Assembly (NCBI GenBank): GCA_015655545.1
Contig: JAATET010000070.1
Span: 11,841 to 75,840, forward strand
Direction of reading: 5' to 3'
Source of the DNA: Chthoniobacterales bacterium
Lineage (GTDB): Bacteria; Verrucomicrobiota; Verrucomicrobiia; Chthoniobacterales; JAATET01
DNA length: 64,000 nt
Shown: piece after piece, positions 1 to 7,100 of the stretch
Layout of the letters: every line of letters begins with the position of its first letter
Numbering within the stretch: the first letter of the stretch is position 1
Notes under the pieces: generated by a model
Databases searched by the model: none
What the model saw: only the letters and a program-made list of their open reading frames with translations
What the model was told of the DNA's origin: nothing
Made by a program: the position numbers and the translations under genes

Positions 1-458
1 GCAGTCGCCGTATTTGGATCGATCCAGAAGTTGAAATTGACGCCGACGGCTTGAAAACTGTCGGTTGCGGGATCGAAAGCAAAGCCCCAGGCGGAATCTC
101 CGACTGTGGCGGCAGAGAGGGCGGTGAGCGCGCTTCCAATCTGAGTCACTGCACCGGACGGCTTAACGACGAACAATTTGTATGTGCCGCCGTCGTGGCA
201 TAATGCCCACAGGGAACCGACACCGGGATTTGCAGCGCCCGTGGTTTTTGTCGTGATGCGCATGGCTATTCCGACCAGCTCACTGCCGGCGGGGATATTC
301 GGAGTGAGGTCGACGTCCGTTACCGTGCCGGGGGTGGCGGAGTCGAAGGTCAGCAGATGATTCGTGTCAGTGAGTGCGTAGCAGGCGACCGCTTTCGCAT
401 CCGAAATAAGCGCAAGCGCTGAGAAAAGTGTAAGCAGGGAAAGCGTGAAGCGTTTCAT
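1..458 (-). CDS. DUF4394-like secreted protein, 5' part only (gene runs off the left edge)
   Basis: Absent from the ORF track because it has no stop in the window. The reverse strand is open from ATG 458-456 to position 1: MKRFTLSLLTLFSALALISDAKAVACYALTDTNHLLTFDSATPG..ELVGIAMR..WGFAFDPATDSFQAVGVNFNFWIDPNTA. It has a signal peptide followed by the YxLT..N.L..FD / LVGID.R / FGFDFNP..D pattern I associate with DUF4394. Confidence 0.55.
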   Translation of the reverse strand, partial: MKRFTLSLLTLFSALALISDAKAVACYALTDTNHLLTFDSATPGTVTDVDLTPNIPAGSELVGIAMRITTKTTGAANPGVGSLWALCHDGGTYKLFVVKPSGAVTQIGSALTALSAATVGDSAWGFAFDPATDSFQAVGVNFNFWIDPNTAT

Positions 459-553
459 GTCGCTCATATAGTTTGGAAACCCATTTTGTGCCAGAAGGAA
501 ATCTCTTAGCGGGGAAGCTTGGATGAAAATGATCCAAAAAGTCCCTGTCCGCT

Positions 554-1423
554 TTGCGTCCGGTGTGCTTCAAATATGGCGTGAACGAGCTCAGCTTCGA
601 TCTCGCGATGTTTGCGACTGCGATCGGTGCGGGGTTGCTGGGTTCGCTTATCGGGCTGGGGGGAGGGATCATCATTACGCCGGCTTTGGTGCTCTTTTTC
701 CACGTCGATATTCGCTATGCGATGGGGGCGGCGCTCGCGTCGGTGATCGCCACGTCGTCCGGAGCGGCGGCGGCGTATCTCCGCGATGGCGTGAGCAACA
801 TGCGGATCGGGCTGTTTCTTTCCATCGCAACCACGATGGGCGCGGTGGGCGGAGCGTTGATGATGAAGGAGACGAATCCTGCGGTTCTTTCGCTCATTTT
901 TGGATTTGCGTTGCTCGTGACGGCGGGGCTTTCGCTGCGGAAAAACAAAGATTCCGTCGGACTGGAGTTGCCCATCGATCCCGTGGCCGCAAAGCTTCGC
1001 CTCGACGACGCGCTGCCGACATCCGCTGGCCCGCAGTCTTATCACGTGCAGCATGTCGGCTGGGGGTTTCTCGTGATGGTCGTGGCGGGGATGCTTTCCG
1101 GACTGCTGGGAATTGGATCCGGCGCGTTCAAGGTGCTCGGGATGGATCAGATCATGCGCATCCCGTTCAAGGTCACGACGACGACGAGCAACTTCATGAT
1201 CGGAGTCACCGCGGCGGCGAGCATCGGCATTTATTTGAAGAACGGCTATCTTGATCCGGTCCTGGTTTTCCCGGTGGCGCTGGGCGTCCTGGTGGGGGCC
1301 TTTTTCGGGGCGCGCCTTTTACCCGTCGTCCCGGTGGCCTTGCTCAAATTCATTTTCCTCGCCGCCATTGCCGTAATCGGGATTCAAATGATCCTCAGGG
1401 GATTCAATATCGCCGCCGCATGA
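554..1423 (+). CDS. TauE/SafE (TSUP, DUF81) family membrane transporter
   Basis: Polytopic 289-aa ORF with two Gly-rich motifs (LIGLGGGIIITP and LLGIGSGAFKV) typical of TSUP proteins. The next gene, DUF1634-like, is its usual partner and overlaps it by 4 nt. Start is uncertain (TTG 554, GTG 581 or ATG 608). Confidence 0.75.
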   Translation: MRPVCFKYGVNELSFDLAMFATAIGAGLLGSLIGLGGGIIITPALVLFFHVDIRYAMGAALASVIATSSGAAAAYLRDGVSNMRIGLFLSIATTMGAVGGALMMKETNPAVLSLIFGFALLVTAGLSLRKNKDSVGLELPIDPVAAKLRLDDALPTSAGPQSYHVQHVGWGFLVMVVAGMLSGLLGIGSGAFKVLGMDQIMRIPFKVTTTTSNFMIGVTAAASIGIYLKNGYLDPVLVFPVALGVLVGAFFGARLLPVVPVALLKFIFLAAIAVIGIQMILRGFNIAAA

Positions 1424-1779
1424 ACGAGGACCGTCTGCGCCTGTTGCTTGCTCGCATCATGCTTTGGGGCGTCTATCTTGCTGCGATCGTGATGATCGCC
1501 GGTGGCGTGATTTTTCTATTGCATCACGCGGGTGACAAGCCGGGCGATCACAAGTTTACCGGAGAGCCCGGCGACCTGCGGCATCCCGTGGCGATCATCA
1601 ATGCCGCGCTCCAGGGCAACGATGATTGCCTGATCCAGGCGGGCGTCTTGCTGCTGCTCTTCAATCCCCTGGTGCGTGTCGCGATAGCGGCGACTGGCTA
1701 CGCGGCGGCAAGGGACCGGCTCTATACCTGCATCGCGGCGATTGTGCTGGCGGTCCTTGCGATCAGTTATTTCGTCTGA
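1420..1779 (+). CDS. DUF1634-like small membrane protein
   Basis: 119 aa with TM helices (LWGVYLAAIVMIAGGVIFLL, LLLLFNPLVRVAIAATGY). ATGA overlap with the TSUP gene, which is the usual TauE-DUF1634 pairing. Confidence 0.6.
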   Translation: MNEDRLRLLLARIMLWGVYLAAIVMIAGGVIFLLHHAGDKPGDHKFTGEPGDLRHPVAIINAALQGNDDCLIQAGVLLLLFNPLVRVAIAATGYAAARDRLYTCIAAIVLAVLAISYFV

Positions 1780-2673
1780 TCAGCAGGGCGGAAAATCGCG
1801 GATGTAATCGCGCACGGCATCCTGCCACGGGCGGGGCGTGATTTTTGTCAGCTGCGTGAATCGTCTCGTGGACATCACCGTGTTGACCGGGCGCTCCGCG
1901 ACGAACGCCTCCATGTCCCTCAATTTCAGCGGGGAAACCTTCGTTGTCTTTACGGGGAGGCCCATTGCTGCGGCGCATGCGAGGGCATGCTCGCCGTAAT
2001 CGCGCCAGGAGCAGGAGCCGGAATTGCACAGGTGATAAACGCCGCCCGGCGCCTCCGCGGCGACGAGCATGCCGAGCCAATCGGCAAGGTCCTCGGTATA
2101 GGTCGGCGTGGACCACTTGTCGGCGATGGCGGAGACTTTTTTTTGCGCCAGCGCGCGGCTCAGCAGCATGTCGATGAAGCTCGGCTTCTCCGGGCCGAAA
2201 ACCCACGCCACTCGTGCGACGACGGCCTCGGGCAAGGCGGCGAGCACGGCGAATTCCCCGTCGGCCTTCGATTGTCCGTAGACGCTGAGCGGACTCGGCG
2301 AGGCCTCCTCGTCGTAGGGCTCCCGCTGACGGCCGTCGAACACGTAGTCCGTGCTGAGATGAATGAATCGCGCGCCCGTTTTCGCGCAACGCTCGGCCGC
2401 GCGGCGGGCTGCGATGGTATTGGCGAGCCGCGCTTCCTCCGGCTGGCGCTCGCAGGCGTCGACGTTCGTCTGCGCGGCGCAATTGACGACCCATTCGAAT
2501 GATTCATCGATGCAATGATCGATGGTGGCGGGATCGAGCAGGTCGAGCTCGGGGCGTGCGAAGCCGCGCACTTCGTGAGCCGGCTTTTCGCCGCTCCCGT
2601 CGGGCGCGGCGCCCCATTTGCGAACCAGCGCGGCGCCGAGACGGCCGCGCGAGCCGAGGATGGCGATTTTCAT
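1780..2673 (-). CDS. rfbD: dTDP-4-dehydrorhamnose reductase
   Basis: MKIAILGSRGRLG Rossmann N-terminus, STDYVFDG and YGQSK (YxxxK) motifs. Start taken at ATG 2673-2671, which overlaps the rfbB stop (ATGA). The 7 extra N-terminal codons in the ORF track were ignored. Confidence 0.85.
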   Translation of the reverse strand: MKIAILGSRGRLGAALVRKWGAAPDGSGEKPAHEVRGFARPELDLLDPATIDHCIDESFEWVVNCAAQTNVDACERQPEEARLANTIAARRAAERCAKTGARFIHLSTDYVFDGRQREPYDEEASPSPLSVYGQSKADGEFAVLAALPEAVVARVAWVFGPEKPSFIDMLLSRALAQKKVSAIADKWSTPTYTEDLADWLGMLVAAEAPGGVYHLCNSGSCSWRDYGEHALACAAAMGLPVKTTKVSPLKLRDMEAFVAERPVNTVMSTRRFTQLTKITPRPWQDAVRDYIRDFPPC

Positions 2674-3647
2674 CGGGTCAACAGCGGCTCCCACCAGGCG
2701 CGATTTTCAAGATACCATTGGATCGTTTTCCGAATGCCATCGCGTGCCGCATGGATCGGTTTCCAGTCGAGTTCGTTGCGAAGCTTCGAGGAGTCGATGG
2801 CGTAGCGGCGGTCGTGGCCTGGGCGATCGGCGACATATTCGATGAGAGTGCGCGGCTTGCCGAGAGTCTCCAGGATGAGCTCGACGACATCGATGTTTCG
2901 CATCTCGGAGTCGGCGCCGATGTTGTAAACCTCGCCCGCGCGGCCCTCGAGCATCGCGGCTGTGATGCCGCGGCAATGGTCATCGACGTGGATCCAGTCG
3001 CGCACGTTCAGCCCGTCGCCATACACGGGCAGCTTCTCGTCGCGGAGGGCGCGGGTGATCATGAGCGGGATGAGCTTCTCGGGGAACTGATACGGGCCGT
3101 AGTTGTTCGAGCAGCGGGTGATGACGATTTCCTGCCCGTAGGTTTTGTGCGCGGCGAGCGCGAGCAGGTCGGCAGACGCTTTGCTCGCGGAGTAGGGCGA
3201 GCTGGGCTCGATTGGCGAGGTCTCGGTGAAGCGGCCTTCCGGCCCGAGCGAGCCGTAAACCTCGTCGGTCGAGATCTGCACGAATCGCTTCACCCCATGT
3301 TTGCGCGCGAGCGAGAGCAGCACGCCGGTGCCGGCGATGTTCGTGTGGATGAAATTTTCCGGCGAATCGATGCTGCGGTCCACGTGCGACTCGGCGGCGA
3401 AATTCACGACCGCGAAATATTTGTGCCGGGCCAGGATGGCATCCATCGCCGCGGGATCGGCGATGTCCACGCGATGAAATTCGTAGCGGCCCGCGTATTT
3501 TTCCGCGATGCCGGCCAGGTTTTCAGGATTGCCCGCATAGGTGAGGGCATCCACGTTGGTGACGAATTCCGGCTGATAATGCTCCAGGACGAAACGAACA
3601 AAATTACTGCCGATGAAGCCGCAGCCACCGGTGATGAGAAGACGCAT
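2670..3647 (-). CDS. rfbB: dTDP-glucose 4,6-dehydratase
   Basis: MRLLITGGCGFIGSNFV, ISTDEVYG, YSASKA and NNYGPYQFPEKLIP motifs. Start placed at ATG 3647-3645; the 103-codon N-terminal extension in the ORF track has no homology. Confidence 0.9.
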   Translation of the reverse strand: MRLLITGGCGFIGSNFVRFVLEHYQPEFVTNVDALTYAGNPENLAGIAEKYAGRYEFHRVDIADPAAMDAILARHKYFAVVNFAAESHVDRSIDSPENFIHTNIAGTGVLLSLARKHGVKRFVQISTDEVYGSLGPEGRFTETSPIEPSSPYSASKASADLLALAAHKTYGQEIVITRCSNNYGPYQFPEKLIPLMITRALRDEKLPVYGDGLNVRDWIHVDDHCRGITAAMLEGRAGEVYNIGADSEMRNIDVVELILETLGKPRTLIEYVADRPGHDRRYAIDSSKLRNELDWKPIHAARDGIRKTIQWYLENRAWWEPLLTR

Positions 3648-3680
3648 GGCGCAGGTTCTAGCAGAGAGGCGAAAGCGCCT

Positions 3681-3926
3681 GCAACTGTCTGGTATGATTG
3701 CCAGCGTTGCGCGAACTGCTGCCGGTGGCCGGGATTTGTGCGCTTGACCAATCCGGACATTGCCGCGATCTCCGTCTTTCTCAAGATCGGCGAATACGAG
3801 TTCGTCCAGCGCTACACGCGCTTGCGGCCGAAGCGGGACGGCCTGGCGCTCATCGACAAGCCGAATGGCGAATGCGTGTTCCTCGACGGCATCGATTGCA
3901 CGATTCAGGCGGTGAAGCCGCGCCAG
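3681..3926 (+). pseudogene. ykgJ-like (CxxCxxCC, UPF0153) gene fragment: N-terminal and middle part, no start codon
   Basis: Encodes ATVWYDCQRCANCCRWPGFVRLTNPDIAAISVFLKIGEYEFVQRYTRLRPKRDGLALIDKPNGECVFLDGIDCTIQAVKPRQ, collinear with the intact copy at 17859-18233. There is no ATG/GTG/TTG in frame for >80 nt upstream. Similarity to the intact copy becomes weak or ambiguous after KPRQ (3926), although the frame stays open to 4058. Confidence 0.6.
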
Positions 3927-4155
3927 CAAATCTTTCCACGCCACGGTAGGATGCAAAACAAGAGCCTGACCGCCTTCGATACCGCGGAGGGTTTCGAGAC
4001 GCCGCAGAAGACACCTTGCGGAATGACACGCAATTTGGCCCTGTCTCAGATGAACTGAAGCTTTGTCCCGTTTCCTGCTCCTGCTTCACTTCGAAGTGAA
4101 GTAGGTTGTTGCATCACCTCAAAGTCCACAAGCAGGCCTTGAAGCGACCCCGCAT

Positions 4156-7100
4156 TTACTTTCGCAAAATCGTGCGGCGGCGGCGCATCAGAATCGCTCC
4201 GCCGAGCAGAGCGACGATGCCGATCGCGTAGGTCGAGGGTTCGGGGACGGCGGTGTAGGTGAGCACGAGGTTGTTTCCGCCGCCATTCGGCACGACGCTG
4301 AGATGCCAGGAGCTATTCGGGTCGGTGGCATTGAAGAACGCCGAGGTGTCGATGGCAAACTTACCGTCGCTGTAGCCGGTGATGGCGCCGGTGGTGGTCG
4401 CGATGACCCAGGATTGATCGACCAGGGAGTTGAAATTCAGCGCGGGGTGGCCGCCGACGTTCGAGCCGTCGAGACTCGTCACGTAGATCGTGAATTTGTT
4501 TGCGCCGCCGAGGCCCGTGGCGGCGATGTCGAGCGAGCCGCCGATGGAGAGGATATCCCAGTTCGTGCCGGCGGTGCCGGTGGCGTCGTTGAGCTCCCAC
4601 GCGTAGCTCCCTCCGCCATTCCAGGTCTCGCCGTTCGTGTTCATCGTGCCGGGACTGTTCCCCGGGGAGATCGTGCCGCCGCTGTTGATCGTGACCGCTC
4701 CGACCGTGCCGCTGCCGCCAAGCGTGCCGCCGTTGTTGATTCTGGTGAGCGAACTGCTGGCGATGGAGCCGTCCACGACGAGTTTGCCGCCATTGATCGT
4801 GGTGGTGCCGGTGTAGGTGCTGTCGCCGGTGAGAACAAGCGTGCCGGAGCCGAGCTTGGTGAGCGTGCCGGTGCCGGAGATCACTCCGGCGTAGGCCGAG
4901 GCGTCGGAACGGTTGAAGGTGAGCGCGGCGTTGTTGGCGATGTCGCCCGAGATCGAGCCGGTCGTGCCGCCGTCACCGATGGAGAGCGTGCCAGTGCTGA
5001 TGGTCGTGCCGCCGGTGAACGTGTTTTCGCCGGTGAGCGTGAACGTGCCGGTGCCGATCTTGGTGAGAGCAAGCGTGCCCGCGCCGTCCTGCATCGCGCC
5101 GGAAAAGGCGAGGTCGGCATTGGTGTCTTCGCCAACCGTGAGCGTCGAGGCGGTGCCGGTGGCGGTGTTGGTGACGGTGCCGCCGCCGGTGAACGAACCG
5201 AGGCTTTCGTCGCGGCCGTTGAGATCGAGCGTGCCGCCGGCGTTCACAACGACGGGCGCGGCCTTGTAGATTTGGTCTCCGGTGGAGCCGGCGATTCTCA
5301 CGGTGCCGCCGCTGTTGATCGTGAGACCGACGTCGATGGTGGGCGTGTCGGTTTTGGCGAGGACGAGGGTGCCGGCATTGACAATGGCGGATACCCCCAC
5401 GTGGTTGCCGGAGCCGGGGCCGTCGAGGGTGAGGGTGCCGGAGCCATCCAGAGTCAAGAGGGTGTTCCAGAGGGCGCCTGAAAAAGTCGTGTCGCCGGTC
5501 TGCGTCGAGATCAGCGAACCCGGGTTGACGAGACCGTCAGAACCGGAGAAGCTCGAGACGGTGAGTGTGGTCGAATCGTTGCCGAAGATGGTGCCGCCAT
5601 TTACCGTGAGCGCGCCGATCGTTTGGTTGTGATTGACGCCGAGATCGAACACTCCGTTGTTCATCAGGGTGAGGTCTCCGCCCGTGGGCAGGGCGCCGTT
5701 GTCATTTAGATAAATGACGGCGTCATTGATCGTGGTGCCGCCGGTGTAGGTGTTGGCGTTGTTCAGAATGAGCCAGCCTTCGCCTTTGACGACGAGGCCG
5801 AGGTGGTTGGCCCCGGAGTTCGGATTCGAGAGGATGCCGTCGTATTCGATAAAGTTTCTCAAATCAAGGCCGATGGATGAGCCATCGCGGAAGCCGCCCG
5901 AGGCGGTGCCGAGCGAGCTGAGCGTGGTGATGTCGGCGGCGGTGAACGCGCCGTCACCGCCGATGTTGAAGAAGGCGGTCGCGCCGGAGGCGACAGTGAA
6001 GTTCGCGGCGGTCCAGCTCGCGGTGTCGCCGTTGTAAAGCGAGGAGCGGGTGTCGAATTGGAGCGTGCCGGCGTTGACGGTGGTGGGACCGGTGTAGGTG
6101 TTGGCGCTGGAGAGCGTGAGCGTGCCGGTGCCGAGTTTGGCGAGGGAGGCGGAGCCGTCGAGGGCGACGCCGAGGGAATAGTCGGAGGCGGAATCGTAAC
6201 CGAAATTCCCCGTGCCGGTGAGCGTGCCGGTGCCGCTGAAGTGCGCGAGGTCGATCGCGGAAGCTCCCGTGTCGACGGTGCCGGCGGCGATCTGGATGTT
6301 GCCGGCGAAGGCGTTGGCGCTGCCGAGAGCGAGGGTGCCGGTGCCGAGCTTGGCGAGATCGACGGATCCGAGTTGGGCGGCGTCGACGGAAAAAGTGCCA
6401 CCGGACGCGCGGGTCGTGTCCAGTCCGAGAAGGGAGCCGGTGCTGAACGTGCCTTGGGTGGAGATCGTGCCGAGGTCGGAGGTGGTGAATTCGTTGGCGC
6501 CGCCGACATTGAAGGCGGCGGTCGCGGCGGAGGCGACGGAGAGAGTCCCGGCGGAGGCGACGTTGAAGGCATCGCGGTTGGCGAACTGGAGGGTGCCGGC
6601 ATTCACGGTGGTGGAGCCGCTGTAGGTGTTGGCGCCGGCGAGTGTGAGGGTGCCGGAGCCGATCTTGGTCAGCGCGAGCGTGCCGGCCCCATCCGTGAGA
6701 GCGCCGGAAAAAGTGAACGCGCCGCCGACATTTTCGCCGAGGGTGAGCGTGGAGGTGGTGGCGGAGACGGAGTTGGTGACGGTGCCGGCGCCGGTGAGGG
6801 AGCCGAGGCTTTCGTCGCGGCCGTTGAGGTCGAGGGTGCCGCCGGTGTTCACGACCACCGGAGCATCCTTATAGATCTGGTCACCGGTGGAGCCGGCGAT
6901 TTTCACGGTGCCGCCGCTGTTAATGATGAGATTGTTGCCGATGGCATGGGTGACGCCGGGTGTGCCGGCTTTGGCGAGGACGAGGGTGCCGGCGTTGACG
7001 GTAGCGGTGGCGCCCACGTTGTCATCGGAGCCGTCGAGGGTGAGCGTGCCGGGGCCGTCGAGGATCAGGCGCGTGGCCGAGAGGACACCCGAGAAGGTGG

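Noticed and set aside
2499-4058. 519-aa plus-strand ORF spanning rfbD, rfbB and the ykgJ-like segment
   Set aside because: The first ~390 codons are antisense to rfbD and rfbB. Only the last part (from 3681) has protein-like similarity, to YkgJ, so it is annotated as a fragment.
4086-4103. Perfect palindrome CTTCACTTCGAAGTGAAG downstream of the giant gene as its terminator
   Set aside because: The stem is short and no T-tract follows on the coding (minus) strand. It is kept only as a weak possibility and not annotated.
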